A DNA stretch of 64,000 bases, taken from Eledone cirrhosa (Eukaryota). Position numbers and translations under genes: made by a program. The notes under the pieces were generated by a model, which searched no databases, had not been told where the DNA came from, and worked only from the letters and a program-made list of their open reading frames with translations. The stretch lies in the NCBI GenBank assembly GCA_964016885.1, contig OZ024741.1, forward strand, positions 244,528,001-244,592,000, given 5' to 3'. This document shows positions 24,101-38,900 of this stretch, one piece after another; position 1 is the stretch's first letter; the number at the start of each line of letters is the position of its first letter.

Positions 24101-26374
24101 GATCGAAAATGTAACTCCGCCGGCAAATCCGGATTTTTGTGATTCGTTTTCTTCGAAGCACACCATTCGCCGCCGGACTTCAGCTTCCACATTTAGCATG
24201 GGCAGCTTTTCTTGAAAATCACACCACACTCAGCAAATGTGTGTCTGCACATGTACCAGTAATTACAGATCGATCCGACCACGGGCGGCCTGCCCACGAT
24301 CGAAGAGGTAACTCCGCAGGCAAATTCGCATTTTTGTGATTCGTTTCTTCGAAGCACACCATTCGCTGGTGGACTTCAGCTTCCTTATTTAGCATGGGCA
24401 GCTTTTCTTGAAAATCACACCACACTCAGCAAATGTGTGTCTGCACATGTACCAGTAATTACAGATCGATCGGACCACGGGCGGCCGGCTCACGATCGAA
24501 AAGGTAACTCCGCCGGCAAATCCGCATTTTTGTGATTCGTTTCTTCGAAGCTCACCATTCGCCGCCGGACTTCAGCTTCCTCATTTAGCATGGGCAGCTT
24601 TTCTCGAAAATCACAACACACTCAGCAAATGTGTGTCTGCACATGTACCAGTAATTACAGATCGATCCGACCTGGGGCGGCCGGCCCACGATCGAAAAGG
24701 TAACTCCGGCGGCAAATTCGCATTTTTGTGATTCGTTTCTTTGAAGCACACCATTCGCTGGTGGACTTCAGCTTCCTCATTTAGCATGGGCAGCTTTTCT
24801 TGAAAATCACACCACACACAGCCAATGAGTGTCTGCACATGTACCAGTAATTACAGATCGATCCGCCCACGGGTAGCCGGCCCACGATCGAAAATGTAAC
24901 TCCGCCGGCAAATCCGCATTTTTGTGATTCGTTTCTTCGAAGCACACCATTCGCCGCCGGACTTCAGCTTCCTCATTTAGCATGGGCAGCTTTTCTTGAA
25001 AATCACACCACACTCAGCAAATGTGTGTCTGCACATGTACCAGTAATTACAGATCGATCCGACCACGGGCGGTCAGCCCACGATCGAAAAGGTAACTCCG
25101 CCGGCAAATCCGCATTTTTGTGATTCGTTTCTTCGAAGCACGCCATTCGCCGCCGGACTTCAGCTTCCACATTTAGCATGGGCAGCTTTTCTTGAAAATC
25201 ACACCACACTCAGCAAATGTGTGTCTGCACATGTACCAGTAATTACAGATCGATCCGACCGCGGGCGGCCTGCCCACGATCGAAAAGGTAACTCCGCAGG
25301 CAAATTCGCATTTTTGTGATTCGTTTCTTCGAAGCACACCATTCGCTGGTGGACTTCAGCTTCGTCATTTAGCATGGGCAGCTTTTCTTGAAAATCACAC
25401 CACACTCAGCAAATGTGTGTCTGCACATGTACCAGTAATTACAGATCGATCCGCCCACGGGTAGCCGGCCCACGATCGAAAATGTAACTCCGCCGGCAAA
25501 TCCGCATTTTTGTGATTCGTTTCTTCGAAGCACACCATTCGCCGCCGGACTTCAGCTTCCACATTTAGCATGGGCAGCTTTTCTTGAAAATCACACCACA
25601 CTCAGCAAATGTGTGTCTGCACATGTACCAGTAATTACAGATCGATCGGACCACGGGCGGCCGGCTCACGATCGAAAAGGTAACTCCGCCGGCAAATCCG
25701 CATTTTTGTGATTCGTTTCTTCGAAGCACACCATTCGCCGCCGGACTTCAGCTTCCACATTTAGCATGGGCAGCTTTTCTTGAAAATCACACCACACTCA
25801 GCAAATGTGTGTCTGCACATGTACCAGTAATTACAGATCGATCCGCCCACGGGTGGCCGGCCCACGATCGAAAAGGTAACTCCGCCGGCAAATCCGCATT
25901 TTTGTGATTCGTTTCTTCGAAGCACACCATTCGCTTGTGGACTTCAGCTTCCTCATTTAGCATGGGCAGCTTTTCTTGAAAATCACACCACACTCAGCAA
26001 ATGTGTGTCTGCACATGTACCAGTAATTACAGATCGATCCGCCCACGGGTGGCCGGCCCACGATCGAAAATGTAACTCCGCCGGCAAATCCGCATTTTTG
26101 TGATTCGTTTCTTCGAAGCACACCATTCGCCGCCGGACTTCAGCTTCCACATTTGGCATGGGCAGCTTTTCTTGAAAATCACACCACACTCAGCAAATGT
26201 GTGTCTGCACATGTACCAGTAATTACAGATCGATCGGACCACGGGCGGCCGGCTCACGATCGAAAAGGTAACTCCGCCGGCAAATCCGCATTTTTGTGAT
26301 TCGTTTCTTCGAAGCACACCATTCGCCGCCGGACTTCAGCTTCCTCATTTAGCATGGGCAGCTTTTCTTGCAAA
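18140..26374 (+). repeat. S-only domain 2 (42 monomers, three of 197 bp) with quasi-periodic 9-11-mer repeats
   Basis: 8235 bp = 42x196 + 3. Variant monomers recur at +2157 (18924/21081, 19708/21865, 20100/22257), +1765 (22257/24022) and +1961 (22650/24611, 23042/25003). Confidence 0.93.
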
Positions 26375-29300
26375 TCACACTACACACAGCAAATCTGTGT
26401 CTGCACATGTACCAGTAACTACAGATCGATCCGACCACGGGCGGCCGGCCCACGATCGAAAAGGTAACTCCGCCGGCAAATCGTCATTTTTGGATTCGTT
26501 TTCTTCGAAGCACACCATTCGCCGGCGGACTTTGTTGACGTTTAACACGGTTTGGTTCCACAGCCACAACTATTGATTTTACGGAGATATCTTGCTGAAA
26601 TTCACGCCACACATAGCCAATGAGTGTCTGCACATGTACCAGTAATTACAGATCGATCCGACCACGGGCAGCCGGCCCGCGATTGAAAAGGTAACTCCGC
26701 CGGCAAATCGTCATTTTTGGATTCGTTTTCTTCGAAGCACACCATTCGCCGGCGGACTTTGTTGACGTTTAACGCGGTTTGGTTCCACAGCCACAACTAT
26801 TGATTTTACGGAGATATCTTGCTGAAATTCACGCCACACATACCCAATGAGTGTCTGCACATGTACCAGTAAATACAGATCGATCCGCCCACGGCTGGGC
26901 GGCCCACGATCTAAAATGTAACTCCGCCGGCAAATCCGCATTTTTGTGATTAGTTTCTTCGAAGCACACCATTCGCCGCCGGACTTGAGCTTCCTCATTT
27001 AGCATGGGCAGCTTTTCTTGAAAATCACACCACACTCAGCAAATGTGTGTCTGCACATGTACCAGTAACTACAGATCGATCCGACCACGGGCGGCCTGCC
27101 CACGATCGAAAAGGTAACTCCGCAGGCAAATTCGCACTTTTGTGATTCGTTTCTTCGAAGCACACCATTCGCTGGTGGTCTTCAGCTTCCTCATTTAGCA
27201 TGGGCAGCTTTTCTTGAAAATCACACCACACTCAGCAAATCTGTGTCTGCACATGTACCAGTAATTACAGATCGATCCGACCACGGGCGGTCAGCCCACG
27301 ATCGAAAAGGTAACTCCGCCGGCAAATCCGCATTTTTGTGATTCGTTTCTTCGAAGCACACCATTCGCCGCCGGATTTCAGCTTCCTCATTTAGCATGGG
27401 CAGCTTTTCTTGCAAATCACACTACACACAGCAAATCTGTGTCTGCACATGTACCAGTAACTACAGATCGATCCGACCACGGGCGGCCGGCCCGCGATTG
27501 AAAAGGTAGCTCCGCCAGCAAATCGTCATTTTTTGATTCGTTTTCTTCGAAGCACACGATTCGCCGGCGGACTTTGTTGACGTTTAACACGGTTTGGTTC
27601 CACAGCCACAACTATTGATTTTACGGAGATATCTTGCTGAAATTCACGCCACACATAGCCAATGATTGTCTGCACATGTACCAGTAATTACAGATCGATC
27701 CGACCACGGGTGGCCGGCCCGCGATTGAAAAGGTAACTCCGCCAGCAAATCGTCATTTTTGGATTCGTTTTCTTCGAAGCACACCATTCGCCGCCGGACT
27801 TGAGCTTCCTCATTTAGCATGGGCAGCTTTTCTTGAAAATCACACCACACTCAGCAAATGTGTGTCTGCACATGTACCAGTAATTACAGATCGATCGGAC
27901 CACGGGCGGCCGGCTCACGATCGAAAAGGTAACTCCGCCGGCAAATCCGCATTTTTGTGATTCGTTTCTTCGAAGCACACCATTCGCCGCCGGACTTCAG
28001 CTTCCTCATTTAGCATGGGCAGCTTTTCTTGCAAATCACACTACACACAGCAAATCTGTGTCTGCACATGTACCAGTAACTACAGATCGATCCGACCACG
28101 GGCGGCCGGCCCACGATCGAAAAGGTAACTCCGCCGGCAAATCGTCATTTTTGGATTCGTTTTCTTCGAAGCACACCATTCGCCGGCGGACTTTGTTGAC
28201 TTTTAACACGGTTTGGTTCCACAGCCACAACTATTGATTTTACGGAGATATCTTGCTGAAATTCACGCCACACATACCCAATGAGTGTCTGCACATGTAC
28301 CAGTAAATACAAATCGATCCGCCCAAGGGTGGCCGGCCCACGATCTAAAATGTAACTCCGCCGGCAAATCCGCATTTTTGTGATTAGTTTCTTCGAAGCA
28401 CACCATTCGCCGCCGGACTTGAGCTTCCTCATTTAGCATGGGCAGCTTTTCTTGAAAATCACACCACACTCAGCAAATGTGTGTCTGCACATGTACCAGT
28501 AATTACAGATCGATCGGACCACGGGCGGCCGGCTCACGATCGAAAAGGTAACTCCGCCGGCAAATCCGCATTTTTGTGATTCGTTTCTTCGAAGCACACC
28601 ATTCGCCGCCGGACTTCAGCTTCCTCATTTAGCATGGGCAGCTTTTCTTGCAAATCACACTACACACAGCAAATCTGTGTCTGCACATGTACCAGTAACT
28701 ACAGATCGATCCGACCACGGGCGGCCGGCCCGCGATTGAAAAGGTAACTCCGCCAGCAAATCGTCATTTTTTGATTCGTTTTCTTCGAAGCACACCATTC
28801 GCCGCCGGACTTTGTTGACGTTTAACACGGTTTGGTTCCACAGCCACAACTATTGATTTTACGGAGATATCTTGCTGAAATTCACGCCACACATAGCCAA
28901 TGAGTGTCTGCACATGTACCAGTAATTACAGATCGATCGGACCACGGGTGGCCGGCCCACGATCTAAAATGTAACTCCGCCGGCAAATCCGCATTTTTGT
29001 GATTAGTTTCTTCGAAGCACACCATTCGCCGCCGGACTTGAGCTTCCTCATTTAGCATGGGCAGCTTTTCTTGAAAATCACACCACACTCAGCAAATGTG
29101 TGTCTGCACATGTACCAGTAATTACAGATCGATCCGACCGCGGGCGGCCTGCCCACGATCGAAAAGGTAACTCCGCAGGCAAATTCGCATTTTTGTGATT
29201 CGTTTCTTCGAAGCACACCATTCGCTGGTGGACTTCAGCTTCGTCATTTAGCATGGGCAGCTTTTCTTGAAAATCACACCACACTCAGCAAATGTGTGTC

Positions 29301-32300
29301 TGCACATGTACCAGTAATTACAGATCGATCCGCCCACGGGTAGCCGGCCCACGATCGAAAATGTAACTCCGCCGGCAAATCCGCATTTTTGTGATTCGTT
29401 TCTTCGAAGCACACCATTCGCCGCCGGACTTCAGCTTCCACATTTAGCATGGGCAGCTTTTCTTGAAAATCACACCACACTCAGCAAATGTGTGTCTGCA
29501 CATGTACCAGTAATTACAGATCGATCGGACCACGGGCGGCCGGCTCACGATCGAAAAGGTAACTCCGCCGGCAAATCCGCATTTTTGTGATTCGTTTCTT
29601 CGAAGCACACCATTCGCCGCCGGACTTCAGCTTCCACATTTAGCATGGGCAGCTTTTCTTGAAAATCACACCACACTCAGCAAATGTGTGTCTGCACATG
29701 TACCAGTAATTACAGATCGATCCGCCCACGGGTGGCCGGCCCACGATCGAAAAGGTAACTCCGCCGGCAAATCCGCATTTTTGTGATTCGTTTCTTCGAA
29801 GCACACCATTCGCTTGTGGACTTCAGCTTCCTCATTTAGCATGGGCAGCTTTTCTTGAAAATCACACCACACTCAGCAAATGTGTGTCTGCACATGTACC
29901 AGTAATTACAGATCGATCCGCCCACGGGTGGCCGGCCCACGATCGAAAATGTAACTCCGCCGGCAAATCCGCATTTTTGTGATTCGTTTCTTCGAAGCAC
30001 ACCATTCGCCGCCGGACTTCAGCTTCCACATTTGGCATGGGCAGCTTTTCTTGAAAATCACACCACACTCAGCAAATGTGTGTCTGCACATGTACCAGTA
30101 ATTACAGATCGATCGGACCACGGGCGGCCGGCTCACGATCGAAAAGGTAACTCCGCCGGCAAATCCGCATTTTTGTGATTCGTTTCTTCGAAGCACACCA
30201 TTCGCCGCCGGACTTCAGCTTCCTCATTTAGCATGGGCAGCTTTTCTTGCAAATCACACTACACACAGCAAATCTGTGTCTGCACATGTACCAGTAACTA
30301 CAGATCGATCCGACCACGGGCGGCCGGCCCACGATCGAAAAGGTAACTCCACCGGCAAATCGTCATTTTTGGATTCGTTTTCTTCGAAGCACACCATTCG
30401 CCGGCGGACTTTGTTGACGTTTAACACGGTTTGGTTCCACAGCCACAACTATTGATTTTACGGAGATATCTTGCTGAAATTCACGCCACACATAGCCAAT
30501 GAGTGTCTGCACATGTACCAGTAATTACAGATCGATCCGACCACGGGCAGCCGGCCCGCGATTGAAAAGGTAACTCCGCCGGCAAATCGTCATTTTTGGA
30601 TTCGTTTTCTTCGAAGCACACCATTCGCCGGCGGACTTTGTTGACGTTTAACGCGGTTTGGTTCCACAGCCACAACTATTGATTTTACGGAGATATCTTG
30701 CTGAAATTCACGCCACACATACCCAATGAGTGTCTGCACATGTACCAGTAAATACAGATCGATCCGCCCACGGCTGGGCGGCCCACGATCTAAAATGTAA
30801 CTCCGCCGGCAAATCCGCATTTTTGTGATTAGTTTCTTCGAAGCACACCATTCGCCGCCGGACTTGAGCTTCCTCATTTAGCATGGGCAGCTTTTCTTGA
30901 AAATCACACCACACTCAGCAAATGTGTGTCTGCACATGTACCAGTAACTACAGATCGATCCGACCACGGGCGGCCTGCCCACGATCGAAAAGGTAACTCC
31001 GCAGGCAAATTCGCACTTTTGTGATTCGTTTCTTCGAAGCACACCATTCGCTGGTGGTCTTCAGCTTCCTCATTTAGCATGGGCAGCTTTTCTTGAAAAT
31101 CACACCACACTCAGCAAATCTGTGTCTGCACATGTACCAGTAATTACAGATCGATCCGACCACGGGCGGTCAGCCCACGATCGAAAAGGTAACTCCGCCG
31201 GCAAATCCGCATTTTTGTGATTCGTTTCTTCGAAGCACACCATTCGCCGCCGGATTTCAGCTTCCTCATTTAGCATGGGCAGCTTTTCTTGCAAATCACA
31301 CTACACACAGCAAATCTGTGTCTGCACATGTACCAGTAACTACAGATCGATCCGACCACGGGCGGCCGGCCCGCGATTGAAAAGGTAGCTCCGCCAGCAA
31401 ATCGTCATTTTTTGATTCGTTTTCTTCGAAGCACACGATTCGCCGGCGGACTTTGTTGACGTTTAACACGGTTTGGTTCCACAGCCACAACTATTGATTT
31501 TACGGAGATATCTTGCTGAAATTCACGCCACACATAGCCAATGATTGTCTGCACATGTACCAGTAATTACAGATCGATCCGACCACGGGTGGCCGGCCCG
31601 CGATTGAAAAGGTAACTCCGCCAGCAAATCGTCATTTTTGGATTCGTTTTCTTCGAAGCACACCATTCGCCGCCGGACTTGAGCTTCCTCATTTAGCATG
31701 GGCAGCTTTTCTTGAAAATCACACCACACTCAGCAAATGTGTGTCTGCACATGTACCAGTAATTACAGATCGATCGGACCACGGGCGGCCGGCTCACGAT
31801 CGAAAAGGTAACTCCGCCGGCAAATCCGCATTTTTGTGATTCGTTTCTTCGAAGCACACCATTCGCCGCCGGACTTCAGCTTCCTCATTTAGCATGGGCA
31901 GCTTTTCTTGCAAATCACACTACACACAGCAAATCTGTGTCTGCACATGTACCAGTAACTACAGATCGATCCGACCACGGGCGGCCGGCCCACGATCGAA
32001 AAGGTAACTCCGCCGGCAAATCGTCATTTTTGGATTCGTTTTCTTCGAAGCACACCATTCGCCGGCGGACTTTGTTGACGTTTAACACGGTTTGGTTCCA
32101 CAGCCACAACTATTGATTTTACGGAGATATCTTGCTGAAATTCACGCCACACATACCCAATGAGTGTCTGCACATGTACCAGTAAATACAAATCGATCCG
32201 CCCAAGGGTGGCCGGCCCACGATCTAAAATGTAACTCCGCCGGCAAATCCGCATTTTTGTGATTAGTTTCTTCGAAGCACACCATTCGCCGCCGGACTTG

Positions 32301-32956
32301 AGCTTCCTCATTTAGCATGGGCAGCTTTTCTTGAAAATCACACCACACTCAGCAAATGTGTGTCTGCACATGTACCAGTAATTACAGATCGATCGGACCA
32401 CGGGCGGCCGGCTCACGATCGAAAAGGTAACTCCGCCGGCAAATCCGCATTTTTGTGATTCGTTTCTTCGAAGCACACCATTCGCCGCCGGACTTCAGCT
32501 TCCTCATTTAGCATGGGCAGCTTTTCTTGCAAATCACACTACACACAGCAAATCTGTGTCTGCACATGTACCAGTAACTACAGATCGATCCGACCACGGG
32601 CGGCCGGCCCGCGATTGAAAAGGTAACTCCGCCAGCAAATCGTCATTTTTTGATTCGTTTTCTTCGAAGCACACCATTCGCCGCCGGACTTTGTTGACGT
32701 TTAACACGGTTTGGTTCCACAGCCACAACTATTGATTTTACGGAGATATCTTGCTGAAATTCACGCCACACATAGCCAATGAGTGTCTGCACATGTACCA
32801 GTAATTACAGATCGATCGGACCACGGGCGGCCGGTTTGCGATTGAAAAGGTAACTCCGCCGGCAAATCGTCATTTTTGGATTCGTTTTCTTCGAAGCACA
32901 CCATTCGCCGGCGGACTTTGTTGACGTTTAACACGGTTTGGTTCCACAGCCACAAC
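25199..32956 (+). repeat. 3879 bp tandem duplication (19 monomers: 14 S + 5 L)
   Basis: Private variants at +3879: CGCTTGTGG (monomers 25787/29666), ATTTGGCATG (25983/29862), TAACGCGG (26602/30481), GGATTTCAG (27221/31100), CACACGATT (27417/31296). Confidence 0.92.
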
Positions 32957-35900
32957 TATTGATTTTACGGAGATATCTTGCTGAAATTCACGCCACACAT
33001 ACCCAATGAGTGTCTGCACATGTACCAGTAATTACAGATCGATCCGCCCACGGGTGGCCGGCCCACGATCTAAAATGTAACTCCGCCGGCAAATCCGCAT
33101 TTTTGTGATTAGTTTCTTCGAAGCACACCATTCGCCGCCGGACTTGAGCTTCCTCATTTAGCATGGGCAGCTTTTCTTGAAAATCACACCACACTCAGCA
33201 AATGTGCGTCTGCACATGTACCAGTAATTACAGATCGATCGGACCACGGGCGGCCGGCTCACGATCGAAAAGGTAACTCCGCCGGCAAATCCGCATTTTT
33301 GTGATTCGTTTCTTCGAAGCACACCATTCGCCGCCGGACTTCAGCTTCCTCATTTAGCATGGGCAGCTTTTCTTGCAAATCACACTACACACAGCAAATC
33401 TGTGTCTGCACATGTACCAGTAACTACAGATCGATCCGACCACGGGCGGCCGGCCCGCGATTGAAAAGGTAGCTCCGCCAGCAAATCGTCATTTTTTGAT
33501 TCGTTTTCTTCGAAGCACACCATTCGCCGGCGGACTTTGTTGACGTTTAACACGGTTTGGTTCCACAGCCACAACTATTGATTTTACGGAGATATCTTGC
33601 TGAAATTCACGCCACACATACCCAATGAGTGTCTGCACATGTACCAGTAATTACAGATCGATCCGCCCACGGGTGGCCGGCCCACGATCTAAAATGTAAC
33701 TCCGCCGGCAAATCCGCATTTTTGTGATTAGTTTCTTCGAAGCACACCATTCGCCGCCGGACTTGAGCTTCCTCATTTAGCATGGGCAGCTTTTCTTGAA
33801 AATCACACCACACTCAGCAAATGTGCGTCTGCACATGTACCAGTAATTACAGATCGATCGGACCACGGGCGGCCGGCTCACGATCGAAAAGGTAACTCCG
33901 CCGGCAAATCCGCATTTTTGTGATTCGTTTCTTCGAAGCACACCATTCGCCGCCGGACTTCAGCTTCCTCATTTAGCATGGGCAGCTTTTCTTGCAAATC
34001 ACACTACACACAGCAAATCTGTGTCTGCACATGTACCAGTAACTACAGATCGATCCGACCACGGGCGGCCGGCCCGCGATTGAAAAGGTAACTCCGCCAG
34101 CAAATCGTCATTTTTTGATTCGTTTTCTTCGAAGCACACCATTCGCCGCCGGACTTTGTTGACGTTTAACACGGTTTGGTTCCACAGCCACAACTATTGA
34201 TTTTACGGAGATATCTTGCTGAAATTCACGCCACACATAGCCAATGAGTGTCTGCACATGTACCAGTAATTACAGATCGATCGGACCACGGGCGGCCGGT
34301 TTGCGATTGAAAAGGTAACTCCGCCGGCAAATCGTCATTTTTGGATTCGTTTTCTTCGAAGCACACCATTCGCCGGCGGACTTTGTTGACGTTTAACACG
34401 GTTTGGTTCCACAGCCACAACTATTGATTTTACGGAGATATCTTGCTGAAATTCACGCCACACATACCCAATGAGTGTCTGCACATGTACCAGTAATTAC
34501 AGATCGATCCGCCCACGGGTGGCCGGCCCACGATCTAAAATGTAACTCCGCCGGCAAATCCGCATTTTTGTGATTAGTTTCTTCGAAGCACACCATTCGC
34601 CGCCGGACTTGAGCTTCCTCATTTAGCATGGGCAGCTTTTCTTGAAAATCACACCACACTCAGCAAATGTGCGTCTGCACATGTACCAGTAATTACAGAT
34701 CGATCGGACCACGGGCGGCCGGCTCACGATCGAAAAGGTAACTCCGCCGGCAAATCCGCATTTTTGTGATTCGTTTCTTCGAAGCACACCATTCGCCGCC
34801 GGACTTCAGCTTCCTCATTTAGCATGGGCAGCTTTTCTTGCAAATCACACTACACACAGCAAATCTGTGTCTGCACATGTACCAGTAACTACAGATCGAT
34901 CCGACCACGGGCGGCCGGCCCGCGATTGAAAAGGTAGCTCCGCCAGCAAATCGTCATTTTTTGATTCGTTTTCTTCGAAGCACACCATTCGCCGGCGGAC
35001 TTTGTTGACGTTTAACACGGTTTGGTTCCACAGCCACAACTATTGATTTTACGGAGATATCTTGCTGAAATTCACGCCACACATACCCAATGAGTGTCTG
35101 CACATGTACCAGTAATTACAGATCGATCCGCCCACGGGTGGCCGGCCCACGATCTAAAATGTAACTCCGCCGGCAAATCCGCATTTTTGTGATTAGTTTC
35201 TTCGAAGCACACCATTCGCCGCCGGACTTGAGCTTCCTCATTTAGCATGGGCAGCTTTTCTTGAAAATCACACCACACTCAGCAAATGTGCGTCTGCACA
35301 TGTACCAGTAATTACAGATCGATCGGACCACGGGCGGCCGGCTCACGATCGAAAAGGTAACTCCGCCGGCAAATCCGCATTTTTGTGATTCGTTTCTTCG
35401 AAGCACACCATTCGCCGCCGGACTTCAGCTTCCTCATTTAGCATGGGCAGCTTTTCTTGCAAATCACACTACACACAGCAAATCTGTGTCTGCACATGTA
35501 CCAGTAACTACAGATCGATCCGACCACGGGCGGCCGGCCCGCGATTGAAAAGGTAGCTCCGCCAGCAAATCGTCATTTTTTGATTCGTTTTCTTCGAAGC
35601 ACACCATTCGCCGGCGGACTTTGTTGACGTTTAACACGGTTTGGTTCCACAGCCACAACTATTGATTTTACGGAGATATCTTGCTGAAATTCACGCCACA
35701 CATAGCCAATGATTGTCTGCACATGTACCAGTAATTACAGATCGATCCGACCACGGGTGGCCGGCCCGCGATTGAAAAGGTAACTCCGCCAGCAAATCGT
35801 CATTTTTGGATTCGTTTTCTTCGAAGCACACCATTCGCCGGCGGACTTTGTTGACGTTTAACACGGTTTGGTTCCACAGCCACAACTATTGATTTTACGG

Positions 35901-38900
35901 AGATATCTTGCTGAAATTCACGCCACACATACCCAATGAGTGTCTGCACATGTACCAGTAAATACAAATCGATCCGCCCAAGGGTGGCCGGCCCACGATC
36001 TAAAATGTAACTCCGCCGGCAAATCCGCATTTTTGTGATTAGTTTCTTCGAAGCACACCATTCGCCGCCGGACTTGAGCTTCCTCATTTAGCATGGGCAG
36101 CTTTTCTTGAAAATCACACCACACTCAGCAAATGTGTGTCTGCACATGTACCAGTAATTACAGATCGATCGGACCACGGGCGGCCGGCTCACGATCGAAA
36201 AGGTAACTCCGCCGGCAAATCCGCATTTTTGTGATTCGTTTCTTCGAAGCACACCATTCGCCGCCGGACTTCAGCTTCCTCATTTAGCATGGGCAGCTTT
36301 TCTTGCAAATCACACTACACACAGCAAATCTGTGTCTGCACATGTACCAGTAACTACAGATCGATCCGACCACGGGCGGCCGGCCCGCGATTGAAAAGGT
36401 AACTCCGCCAGCAAATCGTCATTTTTTGATTCGTTTTCTTCGAAGCACACCATTCGCCGCCGGACTTTGTTGACGTTTAACACGGTTTGGTTCCACAGCC
36501 ACAACTATTGATTTTACGGAGATATCTTGCTGAAATTCACGCCACACATAGCCAATGAGTGTCTGCACATGTACCAGTAATTACAGATCGATCGGACCAC
36601 GGGCGGCCGGTTTGCGATTGAAAAGGTAACTCCGCCGGCAAATCGTCATTTTTGGATTCGTTTTCTTCGAAGCACACCATTCGCCGGCGGACTTTGTTGA
36701 CGTTTAACACGGTTTGGTTCCACAGCCACAACTATTGATTTTACGGAGATATCTTGCTGAAATTCACGCCACACATACCCAATGAGTGTCTGCACATGTA
36801 CCAGTAATTACAGATCGATCCGCCCACGGGTGGCCGGCCCACGATCTAAAATGTAACTCCGCCGGCAAATCCGCATTTTTGTGATTAGTTTCTTCGAAGC
36901 ACACCATTCGCCGCCGGACTTGAGCTTCCTCATTTAGCATGGGCAGCTTTTCTTGAAAATCACACCACACTCAGCAAATGTGCGTCTGCACATGTACCAG
37001 TAATTACAGATCGATCGGACCACGGGCGGCCGGCTCACGATCGAAAAGGTAACTCCGCCGGCAAATCCGCATTTTTGTGATTCGTTTCTTCGAAGCACAC
37101 CATTCGCCGCCGGACTTCAGCTTCCTCATTTAGCATGGGCAGCTTTTCTTGCAAATCACACTACACACAGCAAATCTGTGTCTGCACATGTACCAGTAAC
37201 TACAGATCGATCCGACCACGGGCGGCCGGCCCGCGATTGAAAAGGTAGCTCCGCCAGCAAATCGTCATTTTTTGATTCGTTTTCTTCGAAGCACACCATT
37301 CGCCGGCGGACTTTGTTGACGTTTAACACGGTTTGGTTCCACAGCCACAACTATTGATTTTACGGAGATATCTTGCTGAAATTCACGCCACACATACCCA
37401 ATGAGTGTCTGCACATGTACCAGTAATTACAGATCGATCCGCCCACGGGTGGCCGGCCCACGATCTAAAATGTAACTCCGCCGGCAAATCCGCATTTTTG
37501 TGATTAGTTTCTTCGAAGCACACCATTCGCCGCCGGACTTGAGCTTCCTCATTTAGCATGGGCAGCTTTTCTTGAAAATCACACCACACTCAGCAAATGT
37601 GCGTCTGCACATGTACCAGTAATTACAGATCGATCGGACCACGGGCGGCCGGCTCACGATCGAAAAGGTAACTCCGCCGGCAAATCCGCATTTTTGTGAT
37701 TCGTTTCTTCGAAGCACACCATTCGCCGCCGGACTTCAGCTTCCTCATTTAGCATGGGCAGCTTTTCTTGCAAATCACACTACACACAGCAAATCTGTGT
37801 CTGCACATGTACCAGTAACTACAGATCGATCCGACCACGGGCGGCCGGCCCGCGATTGAAAAGGTAGCTCCGCCAGCAAATCGTCATTTTTTGATTCGTT
37901 TTCTTCGAAGCACACCATTCGCCGGCGGACTTTGTTGACGTTTAACACGGTTTGGTTCCACAGCCACAACTATTGATTTTACGGAGATATCTTGCTGAAA
38001 TTCACGCCACACATACCCAATGAGTGTCTGCACATGTACCAGTAATTACAGATCGATCCGCCCACGGGTGGCCGGCCCACGATCTAAAATGTAACTCCGC
38101 CGGCAAATCCGCATTTTTGTGATTAGTTTCTTCGAAGCACACCATTCGCCGCCGGACTTGAGCTTCCTCATTTAGCATGGGCAGCTTTTCTTGAAAATCA
38201 CACCACACTCAGCAAATGTGCGTCTGCACATGTACCAGTAATTACAGATCGATCGGACCACGGGCGGCCGGCTCACGATCGAAAAGGTAACTCCGCCGGC
38301 AAATCCGCATTTTTGTGATTCGTTTCTTCGAAGCACACCATTCGCCGCCGGACTTCAGCTTCCTCATTTAGCATGGGCAGCTTTTCTTGCAAATCACACT
38401 ACACACAGCAAATCTGTGTCTGCACATGTACCAGTAACTACAGATCGATCCGACCACGGGCGGCCGGCCCGCGATTGAAAAGGTAACTCCGCCAGCAAAT
38501 CGTCATTTTTTGATTCGTTTTCTTCGAAGCACACCATTCGCCGCCGGACTTTGTTGACGTTTAACACGGTTTGGTTCCACAGCCACAACTATTGATTTTA
38601 CGGAGATATCTTGCTGAAATTCACGCCACACATAGCCAATGAGTGTCTGCACATGTACCAGTAATTACAGATCGATCGGACCACGGGCGGCCGGTTTGCG
38701 ATTGAAAAGGTAACTCCGCCGGCAAATCGTCATTTTTGGATTCGTTTTCTTCGAAGCACACCATTCGCCGGCGGACTTTGTTGACGTTTAACACGGTTTG
38801 GTTCCACAGCCACAACTATTGATTTTACGGAGATATCTTGCTGAAATTCACGCCACACATACCCAATGAGTGTCTGCACATGTACCAGTAATTACAGATC

